Origin: an uncultured Candidatus Saccharibacteria bacterium
GTDB lineage: Bacteria > Patescibacteriota > Saccharimonadia > Saccharimonadales > 2-12-FULL-41-12
Direction: 5' to 3'
DNA length: 64,000 nt
Assembly: GCA_964648105.1 (NCBI GenBank)
Contig: CAZYMH010000003.1
Coordinates: 91,172-155,171, forward strand
The position numbers and the translations under genes were made by a program. The notes under the pieces are model-generated. The model did no database searches. It was given only the letters and a program-made list of their open reading frames with translations, and had not been told where the DNA came from. Of this stretch, positions 48,617 to 57,207 are shown piece after piece; the stretch's first letter is position 1, and each line of letters opens with the position of its first letter.

Positions 48617-51388
48617 TTAAGAACACCCTGTAGTGCTGCCACAAGAAGTACAAACGTAACAACTACCTGCTCTTTGAGTTTGATTACCACAGTTGTAGCA
48701 CATTGGGGCTACTTCATGAGACTCACCAGTGTGCTTTGACTCGTTGGGAATAACTTGTGGGACATTTTTGACACTTGTACTATTAAGACTTGGCATTTTA
48801 TCAAGTTGATCATCAATTTTAGAATCATCTAATAAACTCGTTTGCTCAGTTGGCATGTCATCGATCGACGCTAAGCCTAATTCCAAGCGATCATCAAAGC
48901 TTAAATAATCAGTAGCAAGCCGACGAAATATGTAATCAATTACTGACGAAGCAGTCCGAATCTCTGGATCATCAGTTATACCAGATGGAGAAAAGCTACT
49001 ACTAAGTAAACTCTCGACATAGCTCTTAAGAGGTACACCGTACTGCAAGCCGTGGCTAATCGAGCGAGAAAACGCATCCATGAGACCAGACAAAGTTGAT
49101 CCTTGTTTAGAAACTTGAACAAATAGCTCACCTGGTGTTCCATCGTCATATTCGCCTACTGTGAAGAATCCTGACAAATCAGCGACTCGAAATTTATAGG
49201 TTTTGCTATTGCGGCGACGTGGCAACAATCGTCTAACCGCACCTTTAACTACGATTTTATCGGTTAAATCACTAATTTGGTCTTTGGCTTCAGATGATTT
49301 TTCGCCATCTTTTTTGGCCATTGACAGTGGTTGAGCAACCTTACAATTATCACGGTAAATTGCCACAGCTTTAAGACCCATTTTCCATGAATCGATATGA
49401 AGCTGTTCAATATCTTCAATTGTAGCTTCTTCGGGCAAATTAACAGTTTTGCTGATTGCTCCAGACAAGAATGGCTGGACAGCAGCCATCATCTTAACAT
49501 GACCTAAGTAGTGAATTGCGTTGTCGCCCATCGAGCAAGCAAAAACATTTTCATGCTCTTTTTTTAGATGAGGAGCATCAATAATTGTTTTTTCATCATC
49601 TATATATTTAACAATTTCATTGATCTGTGATGGCGAATAACCAAGACTTTCTAAGGCTCTTGGAACAGTCTGATTAACAATATTCATCGTACCGCCACCA
49701 ACAAGTTTCTTGATCTTTACTAAGCCTAAATCTGGTTCGATACCAGTTGTGTCACAGTCCATCATAAGTCCAATTGTGCCAGTTGGTGCTAGAACACTAG
49801 CCTGTGAGTTACGTACACCGTACAGCTCCGATAGTTCAATTGCCTCATCCCACACGTTTGTAGCTGCATTTAGTAAACTTTCCGACACTAAAGAAGCATC
49901 TATTTGATTAACTGCACTACGATGTTTTTTGATAACTCTTAACATGCCTTCGCGGTCTTTATGGAAACCTGAAAATGGACCAACTCTTCGAGCTATTTTG
50001 GCACTTGTAGCATAAGCATGACCAGTCATAATAGCAGTAATAGCAGCTGCTTGAGCTCGACCTTCTTCAGAATCGTATGGTAAGCCTTGAGCCATCAACA
50101 TTGCTCCTAAATTAGCGTAACCGAGTCCAAGCTCGCGGTATGCTCGAGCGTTTTTACCAATGTTTTCAGTTGGATATTCTGAATACCCGACCAAAATTTC
50201 TTGAGCAGTGAAAATTATTTCAACCGTATGCTTAAAACCTTCCACATCAAAATTGCAATTCTTGTCTAGATATTTTAATAGATTTATTGAAGCTAAGTTA
50301 CAAGCGGAATTATCTAGGTGCATGTATTCGCTACATGGATTTGAAGCGTTAATTCGTCCAGCATTAGGAGTTGTGTGCCAATCGTTAATAGTTGTATCAA
50401 ATTGCATACCTGGGTCAGCACATTCCCATGCGGCTTCAGAAAATTGTCTAAATAAATCTCTAGCCTTGACTGTTCTAACTGTTTCACCTGTTTTTACTGC
50501 TTTTAGTGGCCAATCTTTGTCATCTTCTACGGCCTGCATAAATTCATCAGTTACTCGGACTGAGTTATTAGCGTTTTGATACTGCACAGAGTGAATATCT
50601 TTACCATCTAAACTCATATCCCAACCAGCGGCCTGCAAATCTCGAGCTTTTCGCTCTTCCAGTGCTTTGCACCAAATAAATTCTTCAACGTCAGGATGAT
50701 CAATATTCAAAATTACCATTTTGGCTGCCCGCCGAGTCTTGCCACCGCTCTTGATTGCTCCTGCTGAAGCATCGGCTCCACGCATAAAACTCAACGGACC
50801 ACTAGCAGTGCCAGCACTCTTGCCTAACGGCTCGACTGACGACCTAATAGTACTAAGATTGACTCCTGAACCAGAACCGCCCTTAAATACCATGCCTTCT
50901 TCTTGATACCATTTAAGAATCGCTGGCATAGTATCTTCAATCCCTAGTATAAAGCAGGCACTTGCTTGTTGGGCTCTATCTGATGCACCTATATTAAACC
51001 AAACTGGGGAGTTGAAGGCAGCTCGCTGAGTAGCTAAAATATATTTTAATTCTTCTTTAAAATCGTCAGCTTCTTGCTCACTTTCAAAGTAATTTTCTTT
51101 TAAGCCCTGCCTAACTATTGTATCGGCTACCCGATTAATCAGTTGTTTAAGCGAACTCTCACGATCTTTGGTGCCAGGTGTACCTGTAAAATACTTTTGA
51201 GCAACGATGTTAATTGAGTTTTGTGACCAAAAATCAGGAAACTCGACTCCATATTGTTCGAACACATTCTTACCTGTCATCGGATTAGCGATCACTGAAT
51301 CGCGTTTGACCCAAGTTAAATTGTCGTAGCCTTTAGTTTTAGGCTTGGTAAATAACCTACCTGAAGTTAAATTTGTTGTTTTTCCCAT
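48617..51388 (-). CDS. nrdJ: Adenosylcobalamin-dependent ribonucleotide reductase (class II, NrdJ)
   Basis: NSINIVAQKYF, AFNSPVWFN, SACFIL, GGSGSG, and the active-site NPCSEY. The Cys-rich C-terminal tail is CYNCGNQTQRAGSCYVCTSCGSTTGCS. GAGGGAG SD. Confidence 0.93.
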   Translation of the reverse strand: MGKTTNLTSGRLFTKPKTKGYDNLTWVKRDSVIANPMTGKNVFEQYGVEFPDFWSQNSINIVAQKYFTGTPGTKDRESSLKQLINRVADTIVRQGLKENYFESEQEADDFKEELKYILATQRAAFNSPVWFNIGASDRAQQASACFILGIEDTMPAILKWYQEEGMVFKGGSGSGVNLSTIRSSVEPLGKSAGTASGPLSFMRGADASAGAIKSGGKTRRAAKMVILNIDHPDVEEFIWCKALEERKARDLQAAGWDMSLDGKDIHSVQYQNANNSVRVTDEFMQAVEDDKDWPLKAVKTGETVRTVKARDLFRQFSEAAWECADPGMQFDTTINDWHTTPNAGRINASNPCSEYMHLDNSACNLASINLLKYLDKNCNFDVEGFKHTVEIIFTAQEILVGYSEYPTENIGKNARAYRELGLGYANLGAMLMAQGLPYDSEEGRAQAAAITAIMTGHAYATSAKIARRVGPFSGFHKDREGMLRVIKKHRSAVNQIDASLVSESLLNAATNVWDEAIELSELYGVRNSQASVLAPTGTIGLMMDCDTTGIEPDLGLVKIKKLVGGGTMNIVNQTVPRALESLGYSPSQINEIVKYIDDEKTIIDAPHLKKEHENVFACSMGDNAIHYLGHVKMMAAVQPFLSGAISKTVNLPEEATIEDIEQLHIDSWKMGLKAVAIYRDNCKVAQPLSMAKKDGEKSSEAKDQISDLTDKIVVKGAVRRLLPRRRNSKTYKFRVADLSGFFTVGEYDDGTPGELFVQVSKQGSTLSGLMDAFSRSISHGLQYGVPLKSYVESLLSSSFSPSGITDDPEIRTASSVIDYIFRRLATDYLSFDDRLELGLASIDDMPTEQTSLLDDSKIDDQLDKMPSLNSTSVKNVPQVIPNESKHTGESHEVAPMCYNCGNQTQRAGSCYVCTSCGSTTGCS

Positions 51389-51451
51389 ATTCTCCCTCTC
51401 TGTAATGGTTTTGTTTTATTTTTTCTAGTTTATTGACACTAAATTATCGAA

Positions 51452-51925
51452 TTATCTTAAATTTTCGGCTGTTTTTCGTCTTCGCATATCAGACAGTTCT
51501 TTTTCGAAACTGCTGATATCTTTAAATCGGCGGTAGACACTAGCAAAACGCACATATGCTACTTCGTTAAGGCCTGCTAATTCTTCCATGATTAACTGTC
51601 CAATCTTGTTAGATTGTACTTCGCAGTCTCCGCCCTCGTATAAAGCTTGTTCAACATTGCTAACTATTTGCTCGATGTCTAGACTTGTAACAGATGTTTT
51701 TTCGCATGCCCGATGAAGTCCAGCAATCAATTTACTACGATTGAAAATCTCTCGTACTTCATTGTTTTTAATGACAATTAATTGTGGTTGCTCAATGCGT
51801 TCATACGTCGTAAATCGATGTTCGCATTTACTGCATATTCGCCTGCGTCTAATCGATTTACCACCCGTAACTTCTCTTGATTCAATAACTTTAGTATCGG
51901 CAGTATGACATTTGTTACAATGCAT
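51452..51925 (-). CDS. nrdR: Transcriptional repressor NrdR
   Basis: Zinc ribbon (MHCNKCHTADTKVIESR...RRRRICSKCEHRFTTYE) plus an ATP-cone. Confidence 0.95.
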   Translation of the reverse strand: MHCNKCHTADTKVIESREVTGGKSIRRRRICSKCEHRFTTYERIEQPQLIVIKNNEVREIFNRSKLIAGLHRACEKTSVTSLDIEQIVSNVEQALYEGGDCEVQSNKIGQLIMEELAGLNEVAYVRFASVYRRFKDISSFEKELSDMRRRKTAENLR

Positions 51926-51963
51926 TTTACCCCTTTTCTTAAAGTTTTTTATTTAATGTACTT

Positions 51964-51977
51964 CGCTATATATAGCG
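51964..51977. promoter_or_regulatory. Candidate NrdR box
   Basis: The perfect 14-bp palindrome CGCTATATATAGCG has a core matching the published NrdR-box core C-w-A-t-A-T-a-T-w-G. It lies between the predicted -10 and the nrdR ATG. Confidence 0.5.
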
Positions 51978-51989
51978 TACGTATATACT

Positions 51990-52018
51990 ATCATAGCCCT
52001 AGTGCTAGCGTAATGCAA
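51990..52018 (-). promoter_or_regulatory. Candidate sigma70 promoter of nrdR-nrdJ
   Basis: Minus strand: TTGCAT (52018-52013), 17 nt, TATGAT (51995-51990). Confidence 0.5.
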
Positions 52019-52052
52019 ATGCTTTTTGGTGTATTAATTACAAGTAATTTGG

Positions 52053-53387
52053 CTACTTGTCGGAGTTATTTTTTTTGTCACCCCTACGAGTAAGTCGTCG
52101 TAAAAATGACGGCTTTTCAATTTCTTCGTCTTCATAAATCGAATTTGTTTCATTGTTTTTTGGCAATTGATTATTGGCACTTTCGTTAGTTGTCTCATTA
52201 TCAATGTGAGACCATATATTAGGAACCTTATTTTCTTCATAAAATTCATCTTTGGCTAATTTTGGCTGATTGTCTTCAAGTTCCATATTTATATCGCTCG
52301 GCACATCTTCACCAATTTTTGCGGTGTCGTCACTCGCTGGACTCTTTGCTTTTTTGTCCGATGAATCGTCAGTAGAAGTTTTTACTTGATGAGCAGGAGC
52401 TTGGTAAGTATCTGCATTTTTATTAGTAAAGTATGACTCATCAAATCCAGTTGCTACAACAGTTACTATTAGTTCACCATCAAGTTCTGGGTTAATTGTA
52501 GCTCCAAAAATAATATTTGCGTTGCGGTCAGCAGAAGCCGTTATTGTCTCGGCCACAGTGTTAATTTCGTGCATTGACATATCGTTGCCACCGATCACAT
52601 TAAACAAAATTCCTCTTGCACCATCGATAGAAACTTCTAACAATGGCGACTCCACAGCTTGCTGAGCAGCTTCTACTGCACGGTTATCGCCACTCGCCCG
52701 TCCAATACCCATCAAAGCCGAACCAGCCTTACTCATAACTGCTTTAACATCGGCAAAGTCTAAGTTAATGAGTCCATGAACTGTGATCAAATCAGATATA
52801 CCCTGAACTCCTTGTCTTAAGACATCATCGGCAACTTTAAAAGCTTGCATAATTGGAGTAGAACGATCAATTGTTTGAAGCAACCGATCATTTGGCACAA
52901 TAATTAATGTATCAACGCAGTGGCGAAGATTTAAAATAGCAATATCGGCATTAGCTCGACGTTTTTCGCCTTCGAATGCGAATGGACGAGTTGCAAAACC
53001 AACTACTAATGCTCCCGCATCTTGAGCAATCCGTGCAACAATATGACCAGCTCCACTACCTGTACCGCCACCAGCACCGATGGTTACAAAGACCATATCG
53101 GCACCCTCTAAGGCTTGGCGAATTTCGTCATATGATTCCTCGGCAGCTCTCTGACCGACATCTGGATTTGCACCTGCCCCTAAGCCACGAGTCGAATCTT
53201 TACCAATATGAATCTTGGTATTTGCTTTCGAATAATGCAAAGCTTGAGCATCGGTATTGACCGCAATAAACTCTACACCGTCGACGCCTGCTTCGACCAT
53301 ACGGTTAATTGCAGCACCGCCAGCACCGCCAACGCCAACTACTTTTATTCGAGCAAATGTTTCAATTGCAGGTGTTACTTGGGGCAT
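52053..53387 (-). CDS. ftsZ: Cell division GTPase FtsZ with a long acidic disordered linker
   Basis: [13 protein letters not shown] and GGGTGSGAG tubulin signatures. A roughly 110-aa D/E/N-rich linker precedes the C-terminal peptide [17 protein letters not shown]. Confidence 0.96.
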   Translation of the reverse strand: MPQVTPAIETFARIKVVGVGGAGGAAINRMVEAGVDGVEFIAVNTDAQALHYSKANTKIHIGKDSTRGLGAGANPDVGQRAAEESYDEIRQALEGADMVFVTIGAGGGTGSGAGHIVARIAQDAGALVVGFATRPFAFEGEKRRANADIAILNLRHCVDTLIIVPNDRLLQTIDRSTPIMQAFKVADDVLRQGVQGISDLITVHGLINLDFADVKAVMSKAGSALMGIGRASGDNRAVEAAQQAVESPLLEVSIDGARGILFNVIGGNDMSMHEINTVAETITASADRNANIIFGATINPELDGELIVTVVATGFDESYFTNKNADTYQAPAHQVKTSTDDSSDKKAKSPASDDTAKIGEDVPSDINMELEDNQPKLAKDEFYEENKVPNIWSHIDNETTNESANNQLPKNNETNSIYEDEEIEKPSFLRRLTRRGDKKNNSDK

Positions 53388-53456
53388 TAAAAAAATCTCC
53401 TTTTATATAAACAATATACACTAGTATCAAAAACTAAACAAACCAACCTATTAAAG

Positions 53457-54695
53457 CTACCTAAACTTTTTTAGTAAATTATCCAGTCCACCCAAAATCG
53501 ATCCACTTACCATTTTTTTGGCTTTGTTATCAGACATAACTTGTTCAGCAAATAACATGTCTAAATACATTAATCCGACAGCCGATACATATTGCAGCGA
53601 CTTCACTTCATCAATCAAACCAGATAAATTCTCTAGTTTACCAACCCGACAAGCTAGTTCTAATTTATCTCTGGCAAAATTCGCGATACCTGGTATGTTA
53701 GCTGTACCGCCAACCAATACTATACCGCCTGGTAGTTTACGGGATTTGTTGATTTTTTTGAGTTCTTCATCGACGAATTCAAAAAGTTCTTCTATCCGTG
53801 CTTCGACGATCATATTGACTTCTACCGCGTTGAAAACATGGTTGCGTTTTTCATATTCAACGCTTACCCGACCGTCTTTTGCCGCATCGGCTAAAGCTGC
53901 ATGTTTGATTTTAACTGCCTCGGCAATTTCTAAATCTGTTTTCAGGCCAATCGCAAGATCATTGGTAACATTATTGCCACCCACTGGTATAACTCCTACA
54001 AATTGCACTTCGCCGTCTTCGATAATAGCCATGTTAGTAGTGCTTGCACCAATATCTAGTACAAGAGTCCCTGCTTCTTTTTGCTTACGATTCAAAACTG
54101 CCTCAGCCGAAGCTAAACCAGACACTGTGTGATGCGACGGTTGAATTCTCGCTCGCTCTAAAACGGCATCTAAATTTCTGATATTAGGTGAAGCTACGGT
54201 AATAATATGAGTATCAACTTCTAGCCTAACTGCTTGCATGCCAACTGGATCTTTTACACTATCTTGACCGTCGACTCGATAATTTTTTGGGAAAACTTGG
54301 ATTATTTCGCGGTTATTAGGAATTTGCATAATTGTTGCGGCATCTTCAGCACGGATTTTATCATCAACAGTAACTTCTTTATTAACTGAACTTATGGCGA
54401 TCACTCCCCTAGAATCTATCCCTTGAATGTGACTACCATTTATATTTACCGTAGCCTGCCTAATCGATAGGCCTGTTATACGTTCTGCTTCAGCAACCGC
54501 TTGAGAAATCGCATTTACCGCATCATCGATATGTACAACCATCCCTTTTCGCATACCCAAGTTTGGTGCTGAGCCATGACCAATAATCGATATCATTGAG
54601 TCTTCGTTATTCAGATCTAGAGAGCCAACAACACATCTTACATGCGATGTGCCAATATCAAGCCCCACATAATAATTGGGCTGTGTTTCATTCAT
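53457..54695 (-). CDS. ftsA: Cell division protein FtsA
   Basis: Actin-fold motifs (VGLDIGTSHVR, LDIGASTTN, VLVGGTANIPG) and a C-terminal amphipathic helix (GGLDNLLKKFR). Confidence 0.95.
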   Translation of the reverse strand: MNETQPNYYVGLDIGTSHVRCVVGSLDLNNEDSMISIIGHGSAPNLGMRKGMVVHIDDAVNAISQAVAEAERITGLSIRQATVNINGSHIQGIDSRGVIAISSVNKEVTVDDKIRAEDAATIMQIPNNREIIQVFPKNYRVDGQDSVKDPVGMQAVRLEVDTHIITVASPNIRNLDAVLERARIQPSHHTVSGLASAEAVLNRKQKEAGTLVLDIGASTTNMAIIEDGEVQFVGVIPVGGNNVTNDLAIGLKTDLEIAEAVKIKHAALADAAKDGRVSVEYEKRNHVFNAVEVNMIVEARIEELFEFVDEELKKINKSRKLPGGIVLVGGTANIPGIANFARDKLELACRVGKLENLSGLIDEVKSLQYVSAVGLMYLDMLFAEQVMSDNKAKKMVSGSILGGLDNLLKKFR

Positions 54696-54702
54696 GCATA
54701 AA

Positions 54703-54732
54703 ATTATAACGCTTATTCTTGCTATTTGGCAA
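54703..54732 (-). promoter_or_regulatory. Candidate promoter of ftsA-ftsZ, placed for a leaderless ftsA mRNA
   Basis: Minus strand: TTGCCA (54732-54727), 18 nt, TATAAT (54708-54703), 7 nt, ATG (54695). Confidence 0.5.
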
Positions 54733-54757
54733 ATTCAGCTTGTAACTACCATTGAAG

Positions 54758-55516
54758 TTATAGAGTTAGTATTTCGTGACCGTGTTTGGTGATAAGTATT
54801 GTATGTTCAAAATGAGCTGCAAACGAACCATCATTTGTTTTGATTGTCCAGCCATCACTGTCTAAATAAACTCCATAATTACCTAATGTCGCCATCGGTT
54901 CAATGGCTATGGTCATGCCAGCAACTAATTTCGGTCCTTTGCCTGCTAAGCCAAAATTAGGAATATTTGGATCTTCATGTACTTCATGACCTACCCCATG
55001 GCCAACCAAATCCCTAACTATACCGTATTTTCCTTTGTCTAAAACTTTTTGAACTGCCGCCGAAATATCACCGACTTTTACGCCATCTTTGACTACTGCT
55101 ATCCCAGCACTTAATGATTTTTTGGTTTGTTCAAGTAATTTTTTTAGTTCGTCGGATATCTCGCCACAATAAGTAGTTATGGCTGCATCGGTAATCATAC
55201 CCCTGTACGTCACTCCCAGATCCAAACTAATAATATCGCCATTGTTAATTATCCTACTAGGAGATGGTAAGCCATGGACTACTTCATCATTAATTGATAT
55301 ACATATAACACCTGTAAATGGGTTAGGTGAACCATAGCCTAAAAATGCTGGATCGCCACCCAAAGCTTTTATTTCCTTTTGTGCAAAATTATCAATATCT
55401 AAAGTCGACATTCCTGCTGACAAATGTTGGGATACGGATTTTAAGACCTCGGCCAAAATTTTGCCAGAAGTTCGCATATTTTCGATTTCTTCAGGAGTTT
55501 TGATTCTTGTATACAT
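54758..55516 (-). CDS. map: Methionine aminopeptidase type I
   Basis: VVHG, D..SLDLG and HGVGHEVHE metal-ligand motifs. 252 aa. Confidence 0.95.
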   Translation of the reverse strand: MYTRIKTPEEIENMRTSGKILAEVLKSVSQHLSAGMSTLDIDNFAQKEIKALGGDPAFLGYGSPNPFTGVICISINDEVVHGLPSPSRIINNGDIISLDLGVTYRGMITDAAITTYCGEISDELKKLLEQTKKSLSAGIAVVKDGVKVGDISAAVQKVLDKGKYGIVRDLVGHGVGHEVHEDPNIPNFGLAGKGPKLVAGMTIAIEPMATLGNYGVYLDSDGWTIKTNDGSFAAHFEHTILITKHGHEILTL

Positions 55517-55534
55517 ACTACTAAGCTCAAATAA

Positions 55535-56089
55535 TTAACTTGTTTGTGACGATTTAATGCCTAACTTACTCAAAATCTCTTGCTGTATACTATCAATTTC
55601 GGCGTCGGCATCAATTCTAAGAACTTTTACGCGGTTTCTCTCGAACCAATCAATTATCGGTAAAGTTTCATTCAAATAACTATTATACCTACGCTCGATA
55701 ATTTCTGGTTTGTCATCGTCTCTACCTCTGGTGGCTAGTCGTTTCATGATCAATTCTTTTGAAGCTTCCAAAAATACTACACTACTTACCATAAATTCAC
55801 CTTCTAAATGTCGCTCAAGTAGCCATTTTGCTTGATTTAATGTGCGTGGAAAGCCATCGATAATAACCTTCGATTGATCTTTAATATCACCAAAAAAATC
55901 TTCCATAACATCGAAAAGTTCTTCATCAGCTAGTAGTTTCCCAGCTTTCATCTGAGCTTCACGCTCAGGACTTAAGTGACTACGTAGATATTCACCAGTC
56001 GATAACCATTTATACCCACTATTTTTTGACAATAATTGACCTTGGACACTTTTACCTGCCCCATTTGGACCCATAAAAAGTATCATCAA
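55535..56089 (-). CDS. adk: Adenylate kinase (short-LID form)
   Basis: P-loop GPNGAGKS and DGFPRTLNQA. It overlaps the upstream gene by 4 nt (ATGA). Confidence 0.88.
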   Translation of the reverse strand: MMILFMGPNGAGKSVQGQLLSKNSGYKWLSTGEYLRSHLSPEREAQMKAGKLLADEELFDVMEDFFGDIKDQSKVIIDGFPRTLNQAKWLLERHLEGEFMVSSVVFLEASKELIMKRLATRGRDDDKPEIIERRYNSYLNETLPIIDWFERNRVKVLRIDADAEIDSIQQEILSKLGIKSSQTS

Positions 56090-56544
56090 ATTTTCTTATC
56101 CAATTTCTGCGTAACTAAATTTGCTAATTCACTTCCATCAACTTTTGGTCCTGCTTTTTGTTTAACATTACCAATAATTTGTCCCATTGATTTCATGCTT
56201 GGATCTTCGATATCTTTCATAGCTTCTTCAATCAATTTCAAAACTTCGTCGGTACTTAACATCTCTGGTAAATATTTTTGAATGATAGAGACTTCGTATT
56301 TTTCATTGTTTGCTCGCTCTTGATCGCCAGCTTTAAGATACATTTCTGATGCTTCATTTCGCTTTTTTAACTCTTTTTGAAGTAATAGCATTACCACATT
56401 CTCTTCAAGACCTTTATCTCTAAGCCCTTGATTCACTTCTTCGTTCAGAATTACACTTTTAAGAGTCCTTAAGGTAGTGACAAGTTTTTTGTCACCATCG
56501 AGCATTGCAGATTTTATATCATTATCAATATTTTGCTTAATCAT
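56086..56544 (-). CDS. GatB/YqeY domain-containing protein
   Basis: IKSAMLDGDKKLVTTLRTLKSVILNEEV and KQKAGPKVDGSELANLV are typical of YqeY. The rpsU-yqeY adjacency is seen in Firmicutes. Confidence 0.85.
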   Translation of the reverse strand: MIKQNIDNDIKSAMLDGDKKLVTTLRTLKSVILNEEVNQGLRDKGLEENVVMLLLQKELKKRNEASEMYLKAGDQERANNEKYEVSIIQKYLPEMLSTDEVLKLIEEAMKDIEDPSMKSMGQIIGNVKQKAGPKVDGSELANLVTQKLDKKI

Positions 56545-56553
56545 ATTAAGAAT

Positions 56554-56763
56554 TTATGATAATTTTAGCTTCTTTACTTTTACAGCACGACGTTCTTGGC
56601 GAACAATTGCTTTTTTACGCCTCTCACGCTTACTAATTGGTTTTTCATGACGTTGAGTCTGTTTGGCAATAGCAACTACTCCCGACTGTTGAACCTTACG
56701 CGAAAATCGTCTTAATAAATTCTCTGTTGACTCTTTAGAATCTTTTCTTGTAACTTGTATCAT
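56554..56763 (-). CDS. rpsU: 30S ribosomal protein S21
   Basis: 69 aa, basic. ESTENLLRRFSRKVQQSGV...HEKPS.KRERRKKA. Confidence 0.9.
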   Translation of the reverse strand: MIQVTRKDSKESTENLLRRFSRKVQQSGVVAIAKQTQRHEKPISKRERRKKAIVRQERRAVKVKKLKLS

Positions 56764-56819
56764 CTCTATTAATAGTACCTTATTTTATATTTTCTAACAA
56801 GACTTTGTTATCTGTTATA

Positions 56820-57104
56820 TTATCTTTGCTTTTTTTGGCTCATTCGCTGTGATTTTAGAACAATACTTTGAAGCTCTTTAAATATAACAAATTGCTTATT
56901 GGTGTAATAAATCTTGGTGTTTGCTTGTTTTTCGCTCATCAAAAAACCGATTTTTTCCAGTCGCTTAAGTTCACGCTGAATATTGCCCGCGTCTTCCTTG
57001 ATTAATTTTGCAAGCCCACGAACGTGTGTCTTAAAATCTGGATATTTTGCGTATACCACGATTATTTTTCGTCTGACTCTTGATGTAATAAATGCGTCTA
57101 ACAT
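56820..57104 (-). CDS. Small winged-helix (ArsR/PadR-like) transcriptional regulator
   Basis: HTH-like LAKLIKEDAGNIQRELKRLEKIGFLMSEKQANTKIYY. ATG 57104 with a GGGAAGTGG SD is preferred over the ORF-track TTG at 57131. Confidence 0.65.
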   Translation of the reverse strand: MLDAFITSRVRRKIIVVYAKYPDFKTHVRGLAKLIKEDAGNIQRELKRLEKIGFLMSEKQANTKIYYTNKQFVIFKELQSIVLKSQRMSQKKQR

Positions 57105-57131
57105 AACCACTTCCCGATGTTGTTGTAACAA

Positions 57132-57165
57132 CGTCTAGTATAGACGGTCTTATATTTTTTTTCAA
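57132..57165 (-). promoter_or_regulatory. Promoter of the wHTH gene with an embedded palindromic operator candidate
   Basis: Minus strand: TTGAAA (57165-57160), 17 nt, TATACT (57142-57137). The -10 lies inside the palindrome CGTCTA-nnn-TAGACG (57132-57146). Confidence 0.5.
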
Positions 57166-57207
57166 TCTTTTTTATAAATATTTATTATAAAGTTTATATA
57201 ATAAGGT

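Noticed and set aside
51977-51992. A second NrdR box (GTACGTATATACTATC region, with the GTATATAC palindrome)
   Set aside because: Its centre is only 14 bp from the first box, whereas NrdR boxes are normally phased by about 2-3 helical turns. The TATATA core is also out of register with the consensus.
52034-52249. 71-aa minus-strand ORF overlapping the ftsZ 3' end in another frame
   Set aside because: It lies fully inside or adjacent to the ftsZ linker-coding region. The ftsZ frame ends with the conserved C-terminal peptide, so this is an AT-rich chance ORF.
53518-54132. 204-aa plus-strand ORF antisense to ftsA, with similar cases at 21943-22485 (antisense to rseP) and 17248-17583 (antisense to lysK)
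   Set aside because: The translations are low-complexity Ser/Pro/Thr-rich, and each ORF lies entirely within a confidently identified conserved gene on the other strand.
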